A stretch of DNA of 64,000 nucleotides, taken from positions 856 to 64,855 of the forward strand of contig LUOR01000012.1 of the NCBI GenBank assembly GCA_001626925.1, written 5' to 3'. Made by a program: the position numbers and the translations under genes. Shown piece after piece: positions 19,734-29,814 of this stretch. Source of the DNA: Moraxellaceae bacterium REDSEA-S32_B1. GTDB lineage: Bacteria; Pseudomonadota; Gammaproteobacteria; Pseudomonadales; Moraxellaceae. Each line of letters starts with the position of its first letter. The first letter of the stretch is position 1. Below the pieces are notes generated by a model. That model was not told the origin of the DNA. It was given only the letters and a program-made list of their open reading frames with translations, and ran no database searches.

Positions 19734-20171
19734 TTATTTCTTTTTCAATGCTTCTTGGCATTCAGGGCTATCGCAATAACCATAAAGATTCAGTGCATGA
19801 CCAGTCAAAGTGAAATTAAATTTTTCAGCAATACTATGTTGCTCTTGTTCAATCAAATCATTGGTGAACTCAACCACTTTATTACAGTTTTGGCAAACAA
19901 GGTGATCGTGATGATCTTCTTGCATGATTTCAAAGACTGAATGATTGTTGTCAAAATGATGGCGCTGAATAATACCTGCTGACTCAAATTGCGTCAGTAC
20001 ACGATAAACGGTCGCTAAACCAACATCTTCGCCGTGTTCAAGCAAGGTTTTATAAATGTCTTCTGCACTCAAATGATGTTGTTTTGAGTTTTCTAATAAT
20101 TCTAAAATTTTAATCCGAGGTAAGGTAACTTTAAGTCCCGCTTTGCGCAAATCCTGATTGGTAATCGGCAT
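19734..20171 (-). CDS. fur: Ferric uptake regulator
   Basis: GLKVTLPR, GLATVYRVL, HHDHLVC. Confidence 0.98.
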   Translation of the reverse strand: MPITNQDLRKAGLKVTLPRIKILELLENSKQHHLSAEDIYKTLLEHGEDVGLATVYRVLTQFESAGIIQRHHFDNNHSVFEIMQEDHHDHLVCQNCNKVVEFTNDLIEQEQHSIAEKFNFTLTGHALNLYGYCDSPECQEALKKK

Positions 20172-20281
20172 TGTTATAAACTCTCAACAAAAATTAAGTG
20201 GTCATGGGTTAGCATACTTTGCTAAAGTATGCGCTAAAATTCATCTTAACGCATTAAATAATTGTGGGATAGTGTAGCAAA

Positions 20282-20680
20282 ATGCAAAAAGTTCTGTTGT
20301 CAATTTTCATGATCACCGTCATCTCTGGCTGTTCAGTGTTCGGCGTCTACAAAGTAGATATTCCTCAAGGTGCACCGCTAACACAAGAAAAAGCGGCTCA
20401 AGTCAAAGTGGGGATGACACCACAACAAGTCCGTTTCCTACTGGGTACACCTACAGTCAGTGATCCGTTGAATCCATTGCGTTGGGACTACATATACAAC
20501 TATATCCCTGGAACTTATGCCAAAAAAGCAGATATTCCTGCTGCCAAAGGTCAACACTTACGCATTCACTTTAACGAATCTGGTGTGGTATCGCAAATCG
20601 AAGGTTTGGAAACTATTCCAGAATCGCAACCAGGCTTACCAGGTTCAAAGGAAGCGATTTTGACTGCACCAAAGCTTTAA
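20282..20680 (+). CDS. bamE: Outer membrane assembly lipoprotein BamE
   Basis: Lipobox ISGC; GMT..QV.FLLG.P...D; RWDY; divergent from fur. Confidence 0.95.
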   Translation: MQKVLLSIFMITVISGCSVFGVYKVDIPQGAPLTQEKAAQVKVGMTPQQVRFLLGTPTVSDPLNPLRWDYIYNYIPGTYAKKADIPAAKGQHLRIHFNESGVVSQIEGLETIPESQPGLPGSKEAILTAPKL

Positions 20681-20700
20681 AATATTTAGCCCTAAAAACT

Positions 20701-20727
20701 AAAAGCATAGATCTTGTCTATGCTTTT
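20701..20727. terminator. Bidirectional terminator bamE/rnfH
   Basis: AAAAGCATAGA-N5-TCTATGCTTTT. Confidence 0.85.
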
Positions 20728-20757
20728 TTCGTTTTGAACGCCAAATTTTTGAAAATC

Positions 20758-21138
20758 TTAATCTGTCGATTTTAAACGCTTTAACCTTTTCTGCTGATTA
20801 CCTTGTTGATAACGACCCACAGGATGCTTTTCTGCACGGCGACGACGCACGTCTTTGGGATTCATGGTCAATGGTCTATACACTTCCAAGCGATCCCCTG
20901 CATGTAAAATGTGTGTCTCAGGGTCTTTGATTCGCAGTCCAAATACGCCCAATGCCAACGGCTCAGGCAATGTGACCTGTTCAGCTAAGCCACTCGCCTT
21001 TAATGCTTGTAACGCTGTCATGCCCTGTTGAAAAGGAATATGTATTGAATATTGCTGATCTACCGCACAATACACAATCCAAATCTGAGTGGATTGATCC
21101 ATACCGATACTCGAATCATTTTCAGTAAAATCATTCAT
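20758..21138 (-). CDS. rnfH: RnfH/RatB ubiquitin-like protein
   Basis: GVFG...L..GDRLEVYRPL..NPK..RRRRA; start may instead be 21102. Confidence 0.88.
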   Translation of the reverse strand: MNDFTENDSSIGMDQSTQIWIVYCAVDQQYSIHIPFQQGMTALQALKASGLAEQVTLPEPLALGVFGLRIKDPETHILHAGDRLEVYRPLTMNPKDVRRRRAEKHPVGRYQQGNQQKRLKRLKSTD

Positions 21139-21158
21139 GTTCAATTCAGTATAGAAAA

Positions 21159-22247
21159 TTAGACTGTAAATAACAATTGAAGCCACGCAATCATCGCAAC
21201 GACGATCGACACAGGGACAACGATACGAATCAAAATTCGCCACAGGTTATAGCTGATTTCACTTTTAAAATTCAGTGATTTACGCAAATGACTAATCTTC
21301 ATCAACCACCCTGCAAATATTGCATAGGCAAGACAAAGTACCAAACCGAGTACAATTAGTATTGGATATAAAACATTACTGATCGGCAACGCCCAAATCA
21401 ATATTGGAATCAGCAAAATCAAAGCTTGAATAGGCAACGCCACTTGACGTTGAATCAGTTGCGCCCGAACCAATTGCAATAGATAACCAGACAAGCCCAA
21501 TGCACCTATTAACAATGCCAGATCTTGGACTTCGGTTGTGGCCTGATTCGCCCAAAGCATTGCCAATAAACCAAGTGCTTGGGCAATCCAAATGGGTAAT
21601 ACAATCGGCGTACTTGGTGATTTCTCTGTACCTGTAGACAAGCTTTGCGTAGCAGACTGCCAATACACACCTAAGCCCAAAGCGCCAGTGACTAAGGTCA
21701 AGGTTACGACTTTTGCCCACTCTGCAAAGCTCACCCCTGTCCATTGCCAAACACCCTGCTCTGCCAGCATACCCATTACCACATAAACCAACACAGCGAT
21801 AGCAGACACTGCGAGTAAGATCAATCTTGGCAACATCGACAAAGCAACTGCGACGATGGCTAAAACTAAAATCGCAATACTTGGACTAAATTGAAGTGCA
21901 AACTGTGACATCACAGCGTTATTGGCATAATGTATAATCGCGCCTGCAAATAGTGGCACAGTCACAATCGCCAACCAGCTCATCACACGCCAATGCGTCG
22001 ATACATCCGCATCACGAGTCAGCTGCATCAAACCCTGTAACGGTGCAGACTTGGCACGTTTAGCCAAACCAACTTCCATATACATTGCAGGCAATGCCAA
22101 AACGAGCATGGTCACCACCCACAATATTAAAAAGTCATACTGCTGATAAGCCACCAAACCTAAAGTTGGCGCCAAAGTCACACTGAACAAGAATGATAAA
22201 CAAAATGCCAAAACTGGCGTGATCCATGTCGGTTGCTGTTGCATCAT
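21159..22247 (-). CDS. Multi-pass membrane protein, distant sodium-dependent (SNF-like) transporter
   Basis: About 11 hydrophobic segments; LPAMYMEVGL and LIRIVVP resemble SNF-family motifs. Confidence 0.65.
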   Translation of the reverse strand: MMQQQPTWITPVLAFCLSFLFSVTLAPTLGLVAYQQYDFLILWVVTMLVLALPAMYMEVGLAKRAKSAPLQGLMQLTRDADVSTHWRVMSWLAIVTVPLFAGAIIHYANNAVMSQFALQFSPSIAILVLAIVAVALSMLPRLILLAVSAIAVLVYVVMGMLAEQGVWQWTGVSFAEWAKVVTLTLVTGALGLGVYWQSATQSLSTGTEKSPSTPIVLPIWIAQALGLLAMLWANQATTEVQDLALLIGALGLSGYLLQLVRAQLIQRQVALPIQALILLIPILIWALPISNVLYPILIVLGLVLCLAYAIFAGWLMKISHLRKSLNFKSEISYNLWRILIRIVVPVSIVVAMIAWLQLLFTV

Positions 22248-22333
22248 ATCGTATTTAAAAGCTATAAAAATCTTGCCTGTATTTTGCCTTTCTCAGACTT
22301 CAAAAGCAAAACTAAAACGATCAAACTCGATAT

Positions 22334-23068
22334 TTAGTAAGACACAAAATCCTTCTTAAGAGTATAAAATTTCATATTAACTGCTATCTCATCAGATAGA
22401 TGAATAGCTCTTAGCCTATCCAGAGCTTGCTCTTCAGAGAAACCCTGCTGAATGAATTCACCAAATTGCTTTGCAATACCATCTCTAATTATTTTTCGAG
22501 CGTTTTTTAAATATGTTTCTTCATTAAGGTTCAATTTATCAATAGAGTTTTGTGCCAACCCCTTAAGTTCCATTGGGCATTGTTTATCAACAATCATTTT
22601 TCCATCACTTTCAAATGTAAATATTTTAGTATCAGGAGGAATTTTTAGCGGATTTAATATGATAGTTGTCCAATCATGTTCTCCTTTATCAGCATCACAA
22701 TGTCGCTTTCTTTTATTTTTAATGAAACGTTCATCATGTTTAAAATAAAGACGTTGTGTTCCCCCATGACAACATCCAAGTAAGTTACTCCATGTTAAAT
22801 GAGCATTCTCTTTAGTATTAGGTAGTAGTGTCTTAGACTTAGGATAAAAATGCTCCACTCTGAAATCTTTCATATGACTTGTTTCATCTACATCAAAGTC
22901 AATTTCACAGTAACAACAAATACCTAACTGATCTTTTTTAATTGTATCTTGAACAATTGCATGTGCTTCTTGAGCCACAGCAACAAAATTTTCCCAAGTA
23001 GCATTAGGATTCTGCGACAAATATTCAGACAATCCATCAGGACAGTTTGACTTTAAAATATGTTTCAT
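22334..23068 (-). CDS. ptuB: Retron-associated HNH nuclease, PtuB/TIGR02646-like
   Basis: CCYCE, VEHFYPK, WSNLLGCC, HCDADKG, ILNP, IDKLNLN; ATGA overlap with the ATPase. Confidence 0.88.
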   Translation of the reverse strand: MKHILKSNCPDGLSEYLSQNPNATWENFVAVAQEAHAIVQDTIKKDQLGICCYCEIDFDVDETSHMKDFRVEHFYPKSKTLLPNTKENAHLTWSNLLGCCHGGTQRLYFKHDERFIKNKRKRHCDADKGEHDWTTIILNPLKIPPDTKIFTFESDGKMIVDKQCPMELKGLAQNSIDKLNLNEETYLKNARKIIRDGIAKQFGEFIQQGFSEEQALDRLRAIHLSDEIAVNMKFYTLKKDFVSY

Positions 23069-24645
23069 TGTTTTGAGCGTTTAAATTTTCTTAAGGAAAT
23101 TTCGATATCAATTTGATCTAGTTCAGTTTCTTTATTTTTACCCCAAGCATCTAGCTTTTCACGTAATAATTTAGCCTCATCAGAGTCCCATTTATCGTGA
23201 TTAACTAACTCAATATACTGATCTAACCATTGGACTTCTTCCACTTCTTGAGGTCTTGGATCAACATTAAAAACATCCTTTAATACTACATTAGACTGAG
23301 CACCTTTTGTAAAATCTGGAATTTCATATTCATATGTATTATTTGAATTTATATAAATAGAACGTATAGATTCTGGCTCTACCGTGGTGATTACATGTGG
23401 ACTATGAGTAGTAATAATAAACTGTAAATTTGGAAAAGATTCCCTTAAAATTAAAATAATTTGTTGTTGCCACGTCGGGTGTAAATGTAGCTCTATCTCA
23501 TCAATCAAAATAACACCATTGCCATGCAATGGATTATCAGAAACATTATTCAATAAGATTAATCTTCTTGCAATATCACCAAGCAGACCAAATAGCACTC
23601 TTTGACCATCAGAAAATTGATCTAAAAAAATAGATTCTTTTTCCAACTGAATAAAAATTTTATCTTTTCCATCATCATTGTTAATTAATTCAATATTTTT
23701 TAAGTCTTTATAGATACCTTTAAATAATTTCTCCAAAGATACAATAATATTCTGTGCTTTCAAATTTAATTCTTGGTTAGGGTATACTTTTATGATTGAA
23801 AACAAATCCTCATATACCTCATATAAAGGATGCTCTTTGTTATTCGCCCCTGTTTCTAAAAGAATATCAATTTGCGACTGAATCTTCTGCCTTTCTGAAT
23901 TAGCAACAACAGGTTCTGATACCTTTAATAGCTGAACCAACCACTCATAGAAAAGATCAAATGATGTCCTATAATTTAGAGCATTGTCATACCCATCAAT
24001 TTTTTCAAAATTAATTTTTTGACTATTATTTGCTCCTTTTTGCAGTCGATCAATTCCATAGTAAGCAAACAATGGTAAATTAATATCTTTATACTCATTC
24101 AAATAACGAATATCACGCCCTAAGTTACGATAATTAATAAGTTCGCTCTTTAAATCACTCTTTAAACCATCAATTTGACGTGCTATTCTGCCTCGTAATT
24201 TATTTTTACTAGAACCAATAGAAAATTCACAATCTATATATGCTCCTAATTTTTTTTTCTTAGCATCATTATTAATTTCATCCTCTTCTATACGACCTCC
24301 ATTTGTATTATCTTTTCTTGTTGTTGCTGCAATCCACATTAAATTTCTACGAATAGCTTCCAAAAGGCTAGTCTTACCTACACCATTTTCACCTATAAAG
24401 ACTGTTAATCTTTCATCCAAATTAATTTTTAAATTTTTAATCTTCTTAAAATTAGAGACATTAAGCTCATCTAAAGAAACATGGCTATACAATATTGTAG
24501 TTGCTTGAGTAAATATTTCTAAAGCCCGTCCTTCGTTCTTTTCAAAACCATTCAGCCCATCTTTATAGTTCAAAAACAACTGAACTGCTGAATTAAAGTT
24601 ACCATTCTTAGCATTAGAGATGAGATGTCTTTGATTATTATCCAT
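23065..24645 (-). CDS. ptuA: Retron-associated ABC/AAA ATPase, PtuA-like
   Basis: GENGVGKT Walker A, FSDGQR signature, ILIDEIELHLHP, TTHSP; start overlaps the RT stop. Confidence 0.92.
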   Translation of the reverse strand: MDNNQRHLISNAKNGNFNSAVQLFLNYKDGLNGFEKNEGRALEIFTQATTILYSHVSLDELNVSNFKKIKNLKINLDERLTVFIGENGVGKTSLLEAIRRNLMWIAATTRKDNTNGGRIEEDEINNDAKKKKLGAYIDCEFSIGSSKNKLRGRIARQIDGLKSDLKSELINYRNLGRDIRYLNEYKDINLPLFAYYGIDRLQKGANNSQKINFEKIDGYDNALNYRTSFDLFYEWLVQLLKVSEPVVANSERQKIQSQIDILLETGANNKEHPLYEVYEDLFSIIKVYPNQELNLKAQNIIVSLEKLFKGIYKDLKNIELINNDDGKDKIFIQLEKESIFLDQFSDGQRVLFGLLGDIARRLILLNNVSDNPLHGNGVILIDEIELHLHPTWQQQIILILRESFPNLQFIITTHSPHVITTVEPESIRSIYINSNNTYEYEIPDFTKGAQSNVVLKDVFNVDPRPQEVEEVQWLDQYIELVNHDKWDSDEAKLLREKLDAWGKNKETELDQIDIEISLRKFKRSKQ

Positions 24646-25585
24646 TATTGCTTCCTGAACGTAAATTAGCCAAAGTTTTTCCTGAATATTTCCGCTCTAA
24701 GGCATTTAGAAACTGAGGTTCTATATGCTGAACAAAGCTTAAATATCCTCGTAAGTAACTCAGATCAGATTCACTAATTTCACTATTAGTAAACTTATAA
24801 ACTAGCCCTTTAATATATCTTTTCTTTTTTCTACCTATTGATAGCATAGCGTCATTCGTTACTGTAACGCCAGTTATATGCCTATTATGTTTTTTTGAAG
24901 AAAAAACTGTTTTAAATGCATTAATAGATATTCGACCACCATACAGTTCCTGCAATATTTTTTCCACCTTCACAGGCAAATCAAATAGCAATGTTTTTTG
25001 ATCCGTTGAGAAGCTAAGGTCGTCAGCATAACGTGTATATTTAATTCCATTATCATGACAATATTCACTAATTTGGACATCGAAAAGATACATACAAAAA
25101 TTTGAAATTAAGGGAGAACTAGGAGCACCTATACTCAAAACCAATTTCTTAGAATATTTGCTAGGTTGCCAAAAAACTATTCTTTCTATCCAGAATTTAT
25201 CTAAAAAATCAAAATACAAGTTATTTTTCTCGCAAGACTCCCATAATATTTTAGGCGTAATTGAGTGAAAAAAGTCTGAAAAATCCATTTTTAGAAAGTA
25301 CGTATTATTTTTATGGATTAATGCATTGTCTTTAATACTTTTTTTACATTGATACGCTGTAGCCAATGAATGTACTGGTAACATCTGCTCAAATTGTGCA
25401 ACTAAATAATTTTGATATAATTTTAATTCAGGAGTAGGTTGAGCAATAGTACGAGTACCTGACGTTCTTTTGGGAATTTGATAAACTTTATATTTTCTCG
25501 GCGCATCTTGCAGAAACAGAAAAAAACTGCTCTGATTTAAATTGAATTTTTTTAGAAAATTATTTAACAAATTGACTTTAGACAC
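24638..25585 (-). CDS. ret: Retron reverse transcriptase, Ec78/Ec83-like clade
   Basis: APRKYKVY.IPKR, region X NALIH, GAPSSP, YTRYADD, region Y NRHITG (VTG variant). Confidence 0.96.
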   Translation of the reverse strand: MSKVNLLNNFLKKFNLNQSSFFLFLQDAPRKYKVYQIPKRTSGTRTIAQPTPELKLYQNYLVAQFEQMLPVHSLATAYQCKKSIKDNALIHKNNTYFLKMDFSDFFHSITPKILWESCEKNNLYFDFLDKFWIERIVFWQPSKYSKKLVLSIGAPSSPLISNFCMYLFDVQISEYCHDNGIKYTRYADDLSFSTDQKTLLFDLPVKVEKILQELYGGRISINAFKTVFSSKKHNRHITGVTVTNDAMLSIGRKKKRYIKGLVYKFTNSEISESDLSYLRGYLSFVQHIEPQFLNALERKYSGKTLANLRSGSNNG

Positions 25586-25605
25586 AATATTAACCCATTA
25601 AAGCA

Positions 25606-25630
25606 GTTTAGAGGAGATACTCCTCTAAAC
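25606..25630. other. Perfect 11-bp hairpin between the retron ncRNA and the RT start
   Basis: GTTTAGAGGAG-ATA-CTCCTCTAAAC. Confidence 0.85.
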
Positions 25631-25633
25631 CAC

Positions 25634-25772
25634 ACTCTTTACTTGAGCAAAAGTTTCAATTATTTGCGATTGCAATGAGCGAATCATTGAAACTTTTGTA
25701 TCACAAAAGCATCAATAAATTAGAGTCTGGCTAAACACCCGACTAGACTGTTACGTCTAAAAACTAAAGAGC
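25634..25772 (-). ncRNA. Retron msr-msd ncRNA
   Basis: a1 CTCTTTA (25771-25765) pairs with a2 TAAAGAG (25641-25635); G:G juxtaposition at 25764/25642; two msr stems; msd hairpin 25648-25698; cDNA starts TTGA. Confidence 0.9.
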
Positions 25773-25778
25773 TAGAAC

Positions 25779-25807
25779 ATTCTAAAATATTCTTAAGCAC
25801 TTAACAA
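25779..25807 (-). promoter_or_regulatory. Retron promoter
   Basis: TTGTTA-N17-TAGAAT placing +1 at about 25772-25773, the first base of a1. Confidence 0.7.
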
Positions 25808-25859
25808 TACCCACTTACTGACGAACCATAAACATCACACGACAGTCATACTCAAATGG

Positions 25860-25884
25860 AAAAAGATCGCCGAAGCGACCTTTT
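25860..25884 (-). terminator. groESL terminator
   Basis: AAAAGGUCGC-UUCG-GCGAUCUUUUU. Confidence 0.9.
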
Positions 25885-25907
25885 CTTTAGATAAGATGAG
25901 CGATGTT

Positions 25908-27566
<1,659 letters not shown>

Positions 27567-27614
27567 TTAATCTGATTTCAAGACATTAATTTAAAAACTA
27601 AATTAACCTGAGTT

Positions 27615-27905
27615 TTAGCCTTCAAGAATCGCTAAAATGTCAGATTCTTTCATGATTAAAAGCTCTTCGCCGTCGACTTTGACTGCTGTGCCCGCATAAG
27701 TACCAAACAATACTTTTTCACCAACTTTAACGTCGAGTGCACGCACGCCATTGTCAGTGATTTGACCATTACCTACAGCGATGATTTCACCTTGAGCAGG
27801 TTTTTCAGCAGCAGAACCCGGTAGCAAAATACCGCCAGCCGTTTTTGTTTCTTCTTCGACACGACGAACCACAACACGATCATGTAGGGGACGAATATTA
27901 CTCAT
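27615..27905 (-). CDS. groS: Co-chaperonin GroES
   Basis: [10 protein letters not shown]...TAGGILLP. Confidence 0.99.
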   Translation of the reverse strand: MSNIRPLHDRVVVRRVEEETKTAGGILLPGSAAEKPAQGEIIAVGNGQITDNGVRALDVKVGEKVLFGTYAGTAVKVDGEELLIMKESDILAILEG

Positions 27906-28011
27906 GTTTTACTCCATTCATCTGAACTTTTCAGGTAAATTTTAGCTTTGATGTATACACCACCTGAATTCATAAAATCATTTCGGCGATGCAATATTGA
28001 ATTTGTTTTTG

Positions 28012-28039
28012 AAATGGGGTTGACCTGTAGGGCTTCAAG
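28012..28039 (-). promoter_or_regulatory. Sigma32 (RpoH) promoter of groESL
   Basis: CTTGAA-N14-CCCCATTT matches the sigma32 consensus. Confidence 0.88.
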
Positions 28040-28089
28040 GGCAAAAAAATAATTTTTTTAACTTTTTGTGCTTTTTTTCATCGAAAAAT

Positions 28090-28875
28090 TTAAGTCATGT
28101 CATTCTTCGGCCAAATGCGTTTCCATTTTTGAAAACTTTTTGTTGATTCATCATATAAATAAGCATCAATTTCACCTTGCGCAGTGATCACATTAAAGCC
28201 ATTTTCCTCGCCATGATGGGTGCGATTGGAGAAGGTCGTACCTGCATGGATATCCAGCACCGACTGCGCCACACTGAGATGATAAAAATCATTCAGATGA
28301 TAGACCGCAGATTGATGCAGATGACCATGCAGCAAACCGTTCAAACCCGCATCTGCCCAGTGCCTAAGCGCAATTTCTCCCGACACAGGACAATCTTCCA
28401 CATGCTTATCAAACGGTTCGCAGTAAAATGGCTGATGTACTGCGACTAACTTATATAGATGCTCAGGGGCATTTTTCAGTTTGGCTTCCACTTCTGCGAT
28501 TTGCTTGGTAGAAACATAACCTTTGGTATGATATTTCGGGCGAATACTATTGACGCCGACCACATAAAAATGCTCGGAAACAATCTCCTTTTCCATTGCG
28601 CCAAAGAACAATTGATAACGCCCAAAAGGATTTAAGAATCTGCGCCACACATGATACAGCGGAATATCGTGATTGCCTGGCACGACTAGATACAGAATAT
28701 TTAAGCTTTCTAAAAACTGCCGACACGCATAAAACTGTTGAAAACGTGCACGTTGGGTCAAATCACCACTGACAATGACTAATTCAGGTCGATTCGCTTC
28801 ACAAAAATTTTGAACTGCCTGTACACGTTCGGGAAGCTCTGTACCAAAATGCAAATCAGATAGATGAAGCAGCAT
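28090..28875 (-). CDS. Metallophosphoesterase
   Basis: HLSDLHFG, SGDLT, PGNHD, HGHLH. Confidence 0.9.
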   Translation of the reverse strand: MLLHLSDLHFGTELPERVQAVQNFCEANRPELVIVSGDLTQRARFQQFYACRQFLESLNILYLVVPGNHDIPLYHVWRRFLNPFGRYQLFFGAMEKEIVSEHFYVVGVNSIRPKYHTKGYVSTKQIAEVEAKLKNAPEHLYKLVAVHQPFYCEPFDKHVEDCPVSGEIALRHWADAGLNGLLHGHLHQSAVYHLNDFYHLSVAQSVLDIHAGTTFSNRTHHGEENGFNVITAQGEIDAYLYDESTKSFQKWKRIWPKNDMT

Positions 28876-28878
28876 AGA

Positions 28879-29814
28879 TTAGCCTCCCAAGCTCGAACGA
28901 GGCACACGCACTTTGATCGCATCATGGGCGACTTTGAATTTGAGCGGGGTGCGAAGCCGAAGAATTTCACCATCCAACGCGACTTTCATGGTTGGTTTTT
29001 GCGTTAAAATTCGCACATCCTCAGCGCAAAAGCTATACACATCTTTGGCATGTTCCAATTCACCTTGTAGCAATTTAACCATAAGCTGAAACAGTTGAAG
29101 TCGAGTGACATGACCGACTGCCACACCCGCCAACTTACCCTTAGCCGCACAGCTCGCAAGGCGTAATTTTAAATCTTGCAGTTGCAATTGATTATTACCA
29201 AAGAATACCATTGGCGATGCGATCGGGTGTTTTTGCCCATCAATTTGAATTTTTAAACGATAATATTTTTGTGGTTGCGCAAGCACTGCCAAGCCTGATA
29301 AATAAGCGATCAAGGGAAAGCGCCCAAATCGTTTATTGTAGTATTCACGATTTTCGATCATCACAGGATATAAGCCGATACTGGCATTATTCAAATAAAT
29401 TTTTTCATTGACTTGACCGACATGGATCGGCTTTGCCACACCATCAATTAGGTTTTGTACAGCTTCAGGTAAAGTTACAGGTATATGCAATGCCCGAGCG
29501 ACGTAATTAAAAGTCCCTAAAGGTAAAATCCCCAATTCGATATCGGTATGTATTAAAGACTGCGCTACCGCATTAATGGTGCCATCACCACCTGCGGCAA
29601 CGATCACGCCACGTTGATCTTTTGGGTAGCTTTGGTGTTTGGCAACAGCCGTACTGACACATTGGTTGAGTGGGAATTTTTCTTCAGTCAAAAACAGCTC
29701 GACATCAAAGTCTGATTTACGCAAACTTTGTGCGATCAGGCGCATCTCCATTTCATGTCCTTCACCATGATGTCCAGAGCGTACATTCATTATGATTGAT
29801 AGCGGAATCGTCAT
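28879..29814 (-). CDS. Diacylglycerol/lipid kinase family protein
   Basis: AGGDGT, ILPLGTFN, ALDGE; start moved to MTIPLSIIMN. Confidence 0.9.
   Translation of the reverse strand: MTIPLSIIMNVRSGHHGEGHEMEMRLIAQSLRKSDFDVELFLTEEKFPLNQCVSTAVAKHQSYPKDQRGVIVAAGGDGTINAVAQSLIHTDIELGILPLGTFNYVARALHIPVTLPEAVQNLIDGVAKPIHVGQVNEKIYLNNASIGLYPVMIENREYYNKRFGRFPLIAYLSGLAVLAQPQKYYRLKIQIDGQKHPIASPMVFFGNNQLQLQDLKLRLASCAAKGKLAGVAVGHVTRLQLFQLMVKLLQGELEHAKDVYSFCAEDVRILTQKPTMKVALDGEILRLRTPLKFKVAHDAIKVRVPRSSLGG

Larger units (their letters stand above)
22334..25807 (-). other. Type I-A retron anti-phage locus (ncRNA-RT-ATPase-HNH)
   Basis: Gene order, translational overlaps (8 nt and 4 nt), modelled ncRNA, and low GC relative to flanks. 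Confidence 0.93.
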
